From Utricularia gibba (lineage: Eukaryota; Plantae; Magnoliophyta): a stretch of DNA of 64,000 bases. Every line of letters starts with the position of its first letter. Positions within the stretch are counted from its first letter, which is position 1. The notes under the pieces were generated by a model that ran no database searches, was not told the origin of the DNA, and saw nothing but the letters and a program-made list of their open reading frames with translations. The translations under genes and the position numbers were made by a program. The stretch is from assembly GCA_002189035.1 (NCBI GenBank), contig NEEC01000018.1:62001-126000 (forward strand). Reading direction: 5' to 3'. Of this stretch, positions 26,562-39,129 are shown one piece after another.

Positions 26562-28060
26562 ACACTAATTTGGATAAGATGCTAATGATTTAAACTATAA
26601 ATTGAGATGAAAACATTAATGAAAATAAATGTAAAATGATTAAGCATTTGTCTCATAGAAAACCAAATGACAAGTTCATTAGTCGATTTGCATAATGTAA
26701 ACGAGATACAAGTACCACGATTACAACATCATCTAGGACCTCATTGGAGATTTTTTGCCAGTAGGTTTCTTCCCTTTTTTGCTCATGACAGATGGTTGTG
26801 CTGTAACCAAAGAAAGAGTGCTAGTGCTAGGTGTTGGATAAGGGGCCTTGGACTCATCTTCATTGAAGCCATGCTCTTGTTTTTTTTCGCACTGTTTCTT
26901 CTCCTTCTTGAAGGTGTAACTTGCACTGCCACAACCATTGAATTGGCAATTCTCAAAGAATGCGCAGTATTTGAATGAACTTCCCTTTCGTGATTCATCA
27001 TGAGCTGATCTTGTGCGTTTCTTTACCTACACATGAAATCAACCATAATAATAGTGGCTGCCCCTAGTTTAAAAATCAAGTGACTTGTTGAATTCGCACC
27101 ATGATTTCAACACTCTGAACGCTAGTAATCCTTCCCTCTGCACATACCACACAATTGCAGAAAACGAGTTAGTCCCCTTCTAAGAATTGTTCATGCATAT
27201 CATTATAACGCTGAAACATTGTATGCCCATGGATGAGTGAAACAAACCTTTGATGCTTGAGGTCTCGCTATCTGTGTCAATTGTGGATTTGTAACTATTA
27301 CTACCGGAATCGCGATGATTGAGGAGGTGATCTAGTAGGGGAATCGCGATGTAGGTGACTGGGTAGCGTACCGAGCGGCGCTGTCGTTGTTGTGACCTAG
27401 CGGCTGAAATTGGGGCTGAATCCATTTTTGGCGGTGAAGAAATGTGCTTTTCTCCATGCCGTATGACTGAAGGTGAAATCAAGGTGGGTCGGGTCAGCTA
27501 ACTCTTGGCTGCTTGGATATTGGGGTTTAGGGCAAAATAGGGTTTAGGGTTTTAGTGGGTTTTATTGTGGACTGGTGTCGGTATTTTATGTATTATATTT
27601 TAGAATCAATTGCATCCAATAATTAAAATTACTGAAAAACTTATTATTTTGGCATCAATTAAAATATTTCGAGATAGGTGTCAAAGAGGATTAAAATATA
27701 TGATGATGAGTTAATAATATATTTCTAATTACATAAAATATGAATCAGCAATATATATTATTTATATTAGTAACATTAAAAACACCATAATGGGAAAAAA
27801 GTGCATAGTTTGAAACATTTGGGGCAAAAGCACTCATTTAAAACCTTAACGGACGTTAGGGCATTTTTGCACTACCAAAAACACTTGAGGGTAAAAATAT
27901 ATTTTTCAAATATATGTGGTGTATTAAAACGTTTTTAAAAACAATTGGGGCATTCTTGCATCTGTGTGTGAACTTTAAGGGCGAAATTGTGCAATAGTAA
28001 ACTTATGGGGCAAAAATGCTCATGTGTGTAAACAGTTGGTGGCAAAAATAAACTTGACCC
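26162..28060. mobile_element. Non-autonomous Mutator-like element (MULE) with ~200-bp TIRs
   Basis: Left GGGGAATC..actgtttacacacatgagca..cttaaagttcacacacagatg..gccccaattgttt..tatttgaaaaatatattttt matches the reverse complement of about 27870-28060. Flanks are tctatat and tctataa, an imperfect 6-7 bp duplication. It interrupts the Copia integrase. Confidence 0.88.
26388..26559 (+). repeat. Compound (AAT)n/(GAT)n microsatellite
   Basis: AAT runs with two blocks of about 7 GAT. This produces the spurious poly-Asn/Asp ORF 26160-26585. Confidence 0.97.
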
Positions 28061-28481
28061 TCTATAAAATGGTAATCTTGTTTGTTTCCCCTCATGGCAA
28101 GTACACATCTCACCCTAGCAACCCTTAGGTCCTGAAAATCTTGTACATTGTCATCTTTCTTCAATATTTTAAGATAGTTCATTCCAGTGTGTCCGAGCCT
28201 GCTATGCCACTTGTAGGACTCATCAAATATTGTGAAACAAGTTTTTGAAACACTACAAACTTCCAGCTTATATAGATTGTTACTCAACAGTAATGCATCA
28301 ATCTTTACATTTCTTGAAGAATCTTTCATATGCATCTTTACTTCCATTAGTCTTACTTGAAACTTTTGTTTCTTCAACTGTCCAAGACTAATCCAATTCT
28401 GTGTTAGACTTGGTACATAACACATATCCACAATCACTAGAAAACCATTTTTAGTTGGAAGATAAATAGTTACTCATCCTT

Positions 28482-29886
28482 TGATAAATGGAAATTTTAG
28501 CAATGTCCTTACAATAAAACCAAATTTTTGTATTAAATACATTTATAAGCCTACTTTACACATAATACAAATTTAGAAAACTTAAATAGTGGATGTCGGG
28601 GTCGATCACAAGAAGCTTGTGCTTGCTAAGTATTTCATTAGAGGCATAATTCGGAATAACAGTAAGTCTTAGTCTAAGCTCAGACCAATAGTGGTAAACA
28701 AGTTCAGTAAACAAGATCAGTAAACAATATCAGGTCTCAACGCTAAAGGTAACAAGTATTAGTTCTAACTCAAATTAATACTAACATGCCTTAACGATCT
28801 GTAGGTGGTGTGGTGCTAAAATACCTAACTTAATCTATCATGTTCTTATACTCACAATTTCAAATAACCTAAGTCTACTTAAGTCATTCATCATATTTTC
28901 GGCTAAGCTAGCCCCCAATATCATGACCAACATTGCAATTAGTTCTACCTGCATACAAAGCATATAGAACTAGGTCTATCCGGTTCTACTGGTTCTATCC
29001 CGGACTAACACCTACTGCTCCAGTTTTGATTTATTCGTCTACTTCTAAATCAAGAATCTAAGTTGTGAAACTACTTGTTCTCCTCCTTAGGTCTACCCAT
29101 CAATTGATAGAAATAAGAGCTAAGAAACAATGATGAATTTCATTAAGAATTCTAGATCCACACCACCATGCTTTATCTTAAGACATCCCTAAAGTTCTAG
29201 CTACTCATATTTTGTAGATAAAATGTAATGACATTAACATAAAACAACAATAATATTAAGAACATCGTGTAGAAGTTGGTTGCAGAAGCTAAAAACATAA
29301 ACAAACGAAAATAAAGCAGTAGAACTCTGGTTTCCGTCTACTACTGTTCACAGGCTGAAACAATAGCGCTGAACCTGGTCTTGATCTTCTTCCTTCAAAT
29401 AGGAGGTTCTTCTCTAAAAAAATCGCCTTTCTTTCTCCTTCTCCATCAGTATTCTTCGTGTTCCAGTTGGGGAGAAACCCCTCGTGTGTGTTCTGCAAAC
29501 TGCTTGAACTTTCCTCTTTGCGACTCTCTCTCCTCCTCATCTTTCTCTCACCTCCCATTGCTCAAGTCAAGTACATTCTCTGACTAATCTGCTGCTCCTA
29601 GCCCTGACTTGCAGACTGCCGCTGTGACAATGTACTCATTACTCCCTGCAGCTTGGTGAGTTGCACGAAATCCAGATTTTTTCCTTGATTCTTGGGTTGC
29701 TGCTAGACTCAAAATCAGGTTAGACATAGGGTAAGCTAAATCAAAGGATTTAACCCACTAATACACCAAAAAATCATATTTTCCCTAATCAAATAAAAAT
29801 ATTTAAAACTATAAAATTAACAACTAAACATAATTAAAAATTTGTGATTTTCATATCATAAAAGTAGGAAAATTTGTGTGCTATCA
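28482..29886 (-). mobile_element. Athila-type solo LTR, 1405 bp, with perfect 5-bp TSD TCCTT
   Basis: The minus strand starts TGATAGCACACAAATTTTC and ends CCATTTATCA. TCCTT at 28477-28481 and 29887-29891. Same family as 59912-61896. Confidence 0.92.
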
Positions 29887-30046
29887 TCCTTTCACTTGTG
29901 TTGATTTTGCACCTACTATGTCACTAATTACTCTTCATAAACAGATTGGATGTATTGAAAATAGGTCATATATTTATGCATATGTTTGGAAGCCCCACTA
30001 TCTAGAAACCATCCGTCCAACTTTTTAGACACTTTAAGTGCAAACC

Positions 30047-31270
30047 TAATAAATGAAAAATTCCTAATGTCATTGCAAAAATTGAATTTTCATATCAAAT
30101 AAATTTATAATCCCTAATCCTCATAAAATACAAATTAAACACAAAATGTAAAGTGAAATTCAGGGTCGATCACAAGAAGCTAGTGCTTGTTGTGTGTTTT
30201 AGCAAATGCAGGATTATAGAATAAATATGGTACTCTTAATCCAAGGTTAGACTAACACCAGTAGATAAGTACAGTAAACAAAATCAAGTGTCAATGGTGA
30301 AAACAATAAATGCAAGTTCTAAATACTAATAATGCTAATATGACTCAAGATGATTCAGGTGATGTGGTATTAAAGTTTCTAATCTAATCCACAATTTATC
30401 TACATGCATACTCTAAACAACCTAAATCTACCCAAATTATTTCTTATATTTTTGGTTAACATAGCCTTGATTTTATCACCCATCCCACGTTTAAGTCTTC
30501 CCATTTGCGAAATATGTAGAACTAGGTTTACTAGGCTCTACTGGTTCTACTCAAAATTAAAACCTACTATCCTCATCTTGACTTGTTAGTATACCTCTAA
30601 ATCAAGCTTCTAAGTTGCACTGCTATTCGTTCCCCCCTCTTAGGTCTAATCGACAAATGTTAGAAACAAAAGCTAATGTATAAAATCATAAATTACTTAG
30701 TGACCCTAAACTACATCACCATTCTACACTTTAGGTATTTCTAAGATCTAGCCATTCATGTTCAAGATTTAAAGCATGATTTCATAAACATAAATGGAAG
30801 AGAACATCTCGAAGATTGCTAAATAGTCATGGCCAAATATTTAGCAAGCAAAAGAAAGCAAAGCGAAATAGTCTTATTCTCTATCTGCTACTATTTACAG
30901 TCCAAAACAATAGCACTAAACTGGGTTTTGGTGCTTGTTCTTTACATTTGAAATTTTTATTCTGAGAAATTTGTCTTCTTCTTCCTTATTTCATGTTCTT
31001 CCTTCCCCTCCCAGGGTCTGGTCACATTCTCTTCCTTCTTCCCTCTCCAAAAATATCTTCACTTCTTTTTTTCTCACTTTCCAAAGTTAGTACATTGTTC
31101 CTGACATCCTTACAATGCATTTTTTCTGTTCTTTTAATAATGCCCATTCTTTGAGATCTACACTTGCACGAAATTTCTATCTTCTCCCTGATTTCAATAA
31201 ACACTTAACTAAACAACTTAAATTTTATATTATAAACACTTAAGTAAACAACATTAATTGCATTGAGACA
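30047..31270 (-). mobile_element. Diverged LTR of the same Athila-type family
   Basis: Colinear reverse-complement similarity, e.g. caaataaatttataatccctaatc and gggtcgatcacaagaagctagtgcttg. Termini are eroded. Confidence 0.75.
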
Positions 31271-31329
31271 TAAAAACGATTTAATAGATAGTGAGAAGAT
31301 GACACTCAATACGAACCCACTGCGAAGAG

Positions 31330-32292
31330 GAATTGGAAGCTGTAGTAACCAGGAGAGGAGAGGAAGATCTTCATCCTCAAGAACAGCATAAGAGCCCAGT
31401 CCAGCGCTACTGTTCCGGCTAGGGAAGAGTAGCAGACGGAAATCAGAACTCTTATTGCTTTATTTTCGTTTGTTGATATTTTCAGTTTCTACAACCAACT
31501 CTTTCAGGAAGTTCTTGACATTTTTGTTGTTTTATATTAATGTTATCATGTTTTACCTTCAAAGCATGAGTAGCTAAACCCTAGGAGTGCCTTGAGGTGA
31601 AGCATGGTGGTGGGGGTCTAGGAATCTTAATAAAATTTATCATTCTTCCTTAGTTCTTGTTTCTATCAACCCTTGGGTAGACCTAAGGAGGGGAATAAGT
31701 AGCTTCACAACTTAGATGCTTGATTTAGAGGTAGACCAATAAATCAAAACGTGAGCAATAGGTGTTAGTCCGAGGTGGAACCAGTAGAACCGGATAGACC
31801 TAGTTCTATATTCTTTGCATGCAGATAGACCTAATTGCAATGTTGGTGATGATATGGAGGACTAGCTTAGCCGAAAACATGGTGAATGACCTGAGTAGAC
31901 TTAGGTTATTTGAAGTTGTGAGTGTGGGAATATGGTAGATTAAATTAGGGATTTTGACACTACATCACCTGCAGACCCTCAAGGCACCTTAGTATTATTC
32001 TGAGTTAGAACCAGTACATGTTACCTTAGCGTTAAGACCTAATATTGTTTACTTATCTTGTTTACCGAACTTGTTTACCACTGTTGGTCCGAGCTTAAAC
32101 TAAGACTTCCTGCTATCTCGAATTATGCATTTACTAAAATACTTAGCAAGCGCAAGCTCTTCGTGATCGACCTCGATATCCACTATACAAGTTTTCCAAA
32201 TTTGTATTTTGTGTAGATTATGGATTATAAATTTATTTGATACGGATTTTCTATTTTTATTGTAACGATATTAGGAAAATTTCCATTTATCA
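31330..32292 (+). mobile_element. 5'-truncated LTR of the same Athila-type family
   Basis: Near copy of about 60965-61896; ends ggaaaatttccatttatca at 32292. Confidence 0.88.
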
Positions 32293-33480
32293 ATACTGTC
32301 AACTAAGAAAAGGACAACTTCAAGGCCAGGTGTTGACAGATGGAAAATTCCTAGTGCTGAAAGGTTCTAGTTTAAAGTAGTGCTGATACGAAATCAAGTG
32401 CTGGAATATAAAAAAACTTCATCAAGGCTCAAGTTTAGTTCTTGTGCATGCATCATCTTCTTCTCCCAAACAAGCTGGTTCTCGAGCTTTGCTCAAAGGT
32501 TCCTAGTGTTCTATTGTGAACAATTCAATCAACTTCCCTTTTCCTTGCTTTGTCGAGATATATCCTTCAGGTTTCATGGCTCATCCACTTCTATTCCTCT
32601 CGAGGCAACATATAGCTCCCAAGTGTAGCACGTGCAATCTTGTAAATGATTAGCATCCTACAAAGTTTCCCATTTACTTTGGTCCCTCTCTACAATCTGT
32701 TCTTCACGATTATGATGTCTATCTTTTTGATGTTTATGTGGGAATTTCAAATACCAATTTCCACCTCACACACTTGCTTGTGACCTGGGTGGGCTTCCAG
32801 ATCCTAAGCTGCACTAGTTGATGCTCTAATTGCGTGGTATTGCTCAATGATCCACTTCATCACTCTATAGCTTGCAGTATAGTGCCGAGCATTTATTGTG
32901 CCATAACATCAAATTTGTTCTCTCCTTATGATGCGGGGTTGGCAGCACCTCAGCCCAATTTCTTTCTTTGGCCCTTAAGTCATCATCGACTCAAATGTAC
33001 TTGATAATCTTCTTTAATAGTTTCTTAGGTTTTTCGACCACCCTTAAGTTTTTAAGCCTTTGAGTTCTATGCTAGCTTTGAAGTACAAAGAAACCACTTC
33101 ATTATCTTGACCCTCTCCCACAAATCAAGTTGAATGTCTCGTGCTAATTAGTTAAATCAGTCAATAAACTCCCTCAAGCTTTCCTTTTGATGGTCATACC
33201 GAATTGAATATGATTTTGCCTTAGATGAAAGGCCTCAATATTCACTACATATAGGGTCTTGAAAAACAAGACTAACTTCCTATAGGATCTGACGCATCAA
33301 GGTTCCAATTGCCTAAATCGGGTATTTGCTACCTTCAGGAGTAAACAAGTGAATAGCTTACATCTCATATCAAATTGGTGACATGGGATACCGATCTCCT
33401 CTTCCGTCATAATTCAGTAAACCATTTGAGATGTTAAATCCCCTCCTCGTTCTTCAATCAGATTGTGTAAGAAATTCTTA
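32293..33480 (-). mobile_element. Second Tat-type gag-protease remnant
   Basis: YDGRGD and CKLFTCLL (gag N-part). KYI*VDDDLRA and tggtcataccgaat are shared with the 1586-4340 copy. The protease tail SICQHLALKL abuts the LTR end. Confidence 0.65.
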
Positions 33481-35316
33481 GAACTTCTCAGGATTGTCCT
33501 AAGAAGTTCTTTGCGAAATTCCTGTTCGTATTTCATAAAGATTGAAAAATACATAACATTCATCTATAAACTCTAACTTGCTTAGAGTTCACTTACATTA
33601 AAATCATTACACTATTTATATATGAAGGCCACTAGAGAACAAAAGTTAATAAAGCATTATTGCGGAATACTTTTTGTGGATTATTTCTACTTCTGAAATA
33701 ATAAAAATAAATTGTGCATGAAACACATCTATTTCTATTTTTATTTATAGTGAAAATATTTTTGAAATCATGTTAAATGAACAGATCCATGTGTTCATAA
33801 CCATATCCCTTCTCTTTGTTTTACTTCTACTTCTTACGAGATTTCCCAAAAACATTTCCCTCACAAAGCCAGCTATTGTTTCTTGTAAGCAATAGCGAAC
33901 TAGTAGTAATTTCTGTAATCGACTATGAAACAACATGATAGTATTAGTAAGGGAATGTGGTATGAGTCTTTTTTTATTATGATGTGTTTGCACCTCCTTT
34001 TGTTTGTCACTATGCCATGTGTTGAGGGATTTTTTTTTTCACTTGTTTACATTACATGGTTCATTTGTTTTATCATATGGATCTTTTGATTACTCCACTA
34101 GAAAGGTGGTTGGTGTCATGATTCGTTATTGCTGAATTCTTTTTTTGTTGGTAGTGTTTATTGTTTGTCAAACAACAATCAAGAATCAATTAAAATTATT
34201 TCTCATCGTAGAAAATAAAGTTGTTTTATTGTTTTTTGTTGAATTGAGAAAACGAATGATGGGATTCATGATTGTTTGATCAGACCCCTCATTAATGGAA
34301 ATATGCTATTTCTTTGTTGAATCAGCTCTAATTCATATAGAAGGTTTCTTCTTTTATCCTCTACTGATTTTTTATTTTTATTTTTTAGAACACCGCTTTG
34401 CTATTCCTTGTTTGTTATTTTCTTTTTTTGTTGTGTTTTCTTATTGTTTGGAGTTGTATTTTTCTTGATTCACTTGTTTTTCTTTATAAGTTCATTTCAT
34501 AGACAAATATGGAGCCAACCAAAGGTAAGAGAAAAAAAAGATATCTTATCTTCAAGTCAATCGAGTAAAGAATATGTCAAGAATTTAACATGGGATTTGC
34601 TTGAACTGTAATCTTCCTTCAAGAGGCACTAATAGAGCTAGAGAAAGGGAATTTCCACAACACTTCATTTAATAAGGAAAGATGGAAAAATCTATTGCAT
34701 TAATTCAATAATACCCAATTATACAGATGTAATTTGGTAAAAATAAAAAAAAAAGTCGAATAGACTTCGAGAATATTGGAGGGTGCACAAGAACCTAAAC
34801 AATATGATTGAAATAGGATGGGAGGTTGATCTACATCACCATTTATATGCAAAATGGATAAAAGTAATTTTAATAAAATCATTAAGAATCACATTTAAAA
34901 TAATAGAAAATCAATAATCAATATGTGACCCCCATACTTCTCTTCACCCACGTGAACTCTATTGAAAAAATGAGGACGTGGATTAAGTATAGAGGTTCCA
35001 ATTTTTAATTGGCCACATTCATCCTCAATAATCTTAAATACACTAGGCCGGCGAACATGTACGTAATAGCGGGCAGGTACATCCACACGTATGGTAATGG
35101 TATTGCGTGTCACTCAGTGAAATGAGAAGATGATCCCTAGTGCTCTTTAGTTTCAAAAGCTGCCTGCTGTCAAGTGAAGGTGCGGGGGTCCTTGCTATTA
35201 CGTCACCCCTACGCAATAAATTCCATCTAAAACTAATAATCACACTTTTCCTCTTTTTATTATTTTTTTATTTTTACCATAATGCGTGCTAGCCTGTGAC
35301 TGGCAACTGACTTCTC

Positions 35317-37111
35317 TCACCTTCCTCCCATGTCATCACCGGCGTATTGTGCACCGTTGGTGCTGTACCGGGGCATCTGTCCACGGTTGATCGACGTCAC
35401 CACCGCCGGAAGCCCAGCGGGCGACCCGCCCCTGGCAGATACTCCGAGTCCTAGGAAGTCAAGTGTGGTTTGCTTGGGACCAAAAACCGTTTGAGTCTCC
35501 ATCATAAATTCTTTAAAACCGGAGTCCTCATCATCGCCGATTGCTAGGCGAAGTCCGGCGGCTACCGATGAGCAGGGGGGCTCGATTTGGGGGATGTTCC
35601 AGTCGTGATCCGAGGGGGAAGAGCAGACCAAGCCAAGGCCCCTGAGGAGGGAGCCTTTTGATGATGTTGGACCCATCTGAGCGGCCTTTTGGAGCAGTGC
35701 AGTTGCCGACATGGCTGGCTGAAGTGAAGGGGCGTACTGGGCTACAGATGAAGCAAACATCAGCGGCGATTGGTTCGTCGACAGGCACAGGGACACGGCT
35801 TCGGAGGACGAGGATTGGAGCGACTCAATTGGGTGGGAAATGGCTCTCAAGTAGTTGTTGAATCTTGTTGCTGATGGCTCAGATGGCAATGTCGCTGATG
35901 ATGATGCTGAAGAAACGAAGAGGCTGGCAAACAAACTGTTGCTTGAGCTGCTGCTATTGCTGCATCCTGCTGCTGGAAATGAGTTCTCCTCCAAAACCTC
36001 TCCATTAACTGGATCAGCTCCAGTGCAATCGATCGTTGCTGCAAAGCAGGTTGAGTTAACGAATGACAACGGAAAAACTACAAAAATGACAATCAGATCA
36101 AAAGCATGGTACATCATAATCCATAACTCTCAAGGACATAAAGATAAATGAAAGGACGAGCCGAGAGACAACAAAACTCTAAAAAGTACCAGAGAAAATC
36201 CAACACTGCAACTACCTTCACTATGAACCGGTACAGCAGATGGCATCAAGGGAGTTGAGAGAGGAGCAGGGGCTTCAGATGGCTGCTGTGGACAAGGAGC
36301 AGGGACGGCCACAGGCGGCTGCGGTAGCGTCGGTGCCGGCAGAGGAGAAGCAACGCGTGTATGATCACTGTCATCTCTGGGACTACTGGGAGGTGTGGCG
36401 CGTGTTTCAGCTTTTGCATTTTCCTCAGCCAATGCATCACAAAAGGCTCTGTGTGTAACAAAACTATCCCTTCTGCGCAGATATGAAATCAGAATGAAAC
36501 TTAATTTCCAGATGTCAAACAAAATTGACTAAAAATGGTAACATTACGCGGGCAGAACCTCGAAAATAGAGTTCCACAATCGCATCTATACTCTCTTGTG
36601 CCACAGACCTTGGAGTGTGCTTTCCAATCAGATTGAACTGCATATTTTTTAGAGCATTTGTCACATTTCCATTTCTTTTCTCCATGTTTTCTGCAAAAGT
36701 GCTTCTTGATTCCAGTCAAATCACCCAAAGCTCGAGAAGGATCATGGTGTACGCAGCCGAGTTCTGGACAAATGTACACCCTTTTCTTCACACTACCTGA
36801 CCTCTGCCTCAGCTTCCACGGCAGGTTATGTCCTCTGCGATGAAGCTGCAGATTTTGGTCCCTTTGAAAGCCCTTGTTGCATATTTCACAAACGAATCTG
36901 TTGGTGGCCAACAAAGTCTTTGGAGACAGAGCAATGACTTCAGCATCAGGATCTGATGATAAAACAGAAAGTGGTATCCCAGTTCACGCCACAATAAAAC
37001 CCTTGAATGAAAAGAAGAAAATTTCTTTGTTTTCTTCTCACCTGGTGTTCCAGGAAGGTTCCGTTTCTTCTTCGCCGGGGGTTTCGCCGGAGAAGAATCA
37101 CCAGAGAACAT
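35317..37111 (-). CDS. INDETERMINATE DOMAIN C2H2 zinc-finger transcription factor, IDD1/IDD2 clade, 480 aa
   Basis: Exons 37042-37111, 36559-36952, 36216-36472 and 35317-36038: 1443 nt, GT-AG, in phase. KKKRNLPGTPDPDAEVIALSP, full ID domain (FVCEICNKGFQRDQNLQLHRRGH..RDSFVTHRAFCDAL), SLCLST, MSATALLQKAAQMG and TTLDFLGLG. Confidence 0.96.
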
Positions 37112-39129
37112 TGTTGAGTCTTTCGTAGGTAAAGACTGAAAAGCTCAGAAATTATCGACAAAGGTGAAACCCAAATAGGACAAATTCCCAACTCAAACGT
37201 GGTAGAAAGTATCACCCAACTCCAGAGGTGAAGAAAACCTCCTAGCTCAATTACAAAACAGAGTCAACTGAAAAAAAGGACTCCTCAACACATGGAAGTT
37301 CGAGCGTGTTCTCTAGCCAGGTTTGACTGGGATTTGGGAGTCTTCTCGGGAATCACCACAGAACAGAACAGTAGGTGTGAAACCCGACTAGTTCACGTCT
37401 TGAAATCAATCCTGGCTCTACACCAATAGCCGAAAACAGGTGCGTCCTCCGTCAGTCAGTCCGTCGGGAACGAGGCGGAGAGGGAAATCATTGGAGAGAG
37501 AGCATCTGACAATAATGGGGGTGTTGGTCTGTCCAAGATAATATAAAAGACGGTACTCACTCACGCCTTTTCACCCACTCGTTTTTCTCCACCTTTCGAA
37601 ACTGATTTGATAAAATACGGTGGTGAAAATTTATTTACTTACAAAAATACCTCGAGCAATTGGAAATTGGAATTGTTGTTTCTGAATAATCCCGTATAAT
37701 ACAATCGTTTCTCATTTTCTACGAATCTTAATTTGATCAATCAACTGTGTTATAAATGTGAAAGCATTCAACCTCACAAATCATCCATTCTTACTCACAA
37801 ATCCCTTTCCCTTCTTGGAATGGGTAGGGTAGCTCCAAAGTAAAGATTTTCGTTTCTTGACATCTGGTCTGTTATGGTGGAGTTGAGCATATGTTACTTG
37901 TTGATGCTTTACTTGATAGTCCACAATCTATCATATATTGCATCAATACAGGTTTATAAACACATTCCACTTTTTTTTTTATCTAAGTATGTTATTACAA
38001 TGTACTTTTGTTTCTACATGACCTCACTCAACTTAAGTTTCAGATTAGACAGTAGAGATTGAAATGATTTTAACTTGTGATAATCATGGTTAAACTCAAG
38101 CTCCATTATGTATGTATGTATGTAAATACTTGGATCAGAGAATCGACTGCCTTTACGGAAATCGCCTAATTTTACTGTCCTATTTTTGGAAAATGAGGAA
38201 AAGAAAAGTTGCACCCTCAAATTACTAAAAATTCTATAGCTTCAAGTTCGCAAAATTCTTTTTTGTTCTCCCCGAAAAAGAGAAATAGTCCGGAGATAAA
38301 TCAATTGAAGAGGGGGTGGGGTGGTTAGGATATTTTGTAAAATAAAAAAGTTTAAGTATTTTACAAATTGATATTTTTTTTATCAGTGATTGCTTATTTA
38401 ATAAAAAAAAAGGAACCAAATTCATAGAGATAAAAAACTAATAATAAATTAAAGTGTGTGTGAGTTTTTTAAATGAAAATATAAGTTAACAATAAATTAA
38501 TTAATTAATTACATATCACCCCTTTTTTTATTTTTTTTGTTTCGTCTTCTGAAAAAAGGAATCTATTTTAAAGGCGCGGAACATTTATACTCATTATTGG
38601 GCATCATTTATTTATGTATTTATTCATACAAAAATGTCGCTCGCTATTAAAGGTAGAGGATCCTACTAGTAGTAGCACACGTCTGTCTGTCTGTCTTTAT
38701 ATAAATGGGATAAGCTATTTTAAATTGCACACCACGATTTAACAATCAACTTTGTTAAGGTGCTTGGTGGTGTTGTGACATTATTATTAATATTTTTTGG
38801 ATATTCAAATCTTTTGTGCTTCTCCTTTTCGGTCTTTGAGCTTTCCCAAAGCATGCAAAAGCCAGTTGTGCGGAGAAGTGGTGAAGCACTTTCTGATTTC
38901 TAATCCGATGCTTCCTTACTTTTTGCCTTGTGGACGTGTGCTAACTGCTACCATTGCAAAAACTTTTTGAAACTTTACTCTAACAAACAGTAAAAATTCA
39001 TGTCGGGTTTACAACGTTGATGTACAATGTAAGGTTACAGTAATCCATAAATTGTGAAAATTAATTTATTTTCTGCTTTAACGGGAACATATCATTTTGA
39101 TTCACTGTTATAGTTTAGAGTATACTTCT

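Larger units (their letters stand above)
25330..30040 (-). mobile_element. Ty1/Copia remnant (protease, GAG-pre-integrase, integrase, SH3) carrying two nested insertions
   Basis: WFLDSGASKHM (~30000-30030), [94 protein letters not shown]. Confidence 0.92.

Noticed and set aside
26160-26585. 141-aa poly-Asn/Asp ORF
   Set aside because: Artefact of the (AAT)/(GAT) microsatellite and the MULE TIR.
38673-38943. 11-bp inverted repeat TAGCACACGTC / GACGTGTGCTA as a miRNA hairpin
   Set aside because: The sequence between the arms does not pair and I recognised no conserved miRNA; at most two ACGT-core sites.
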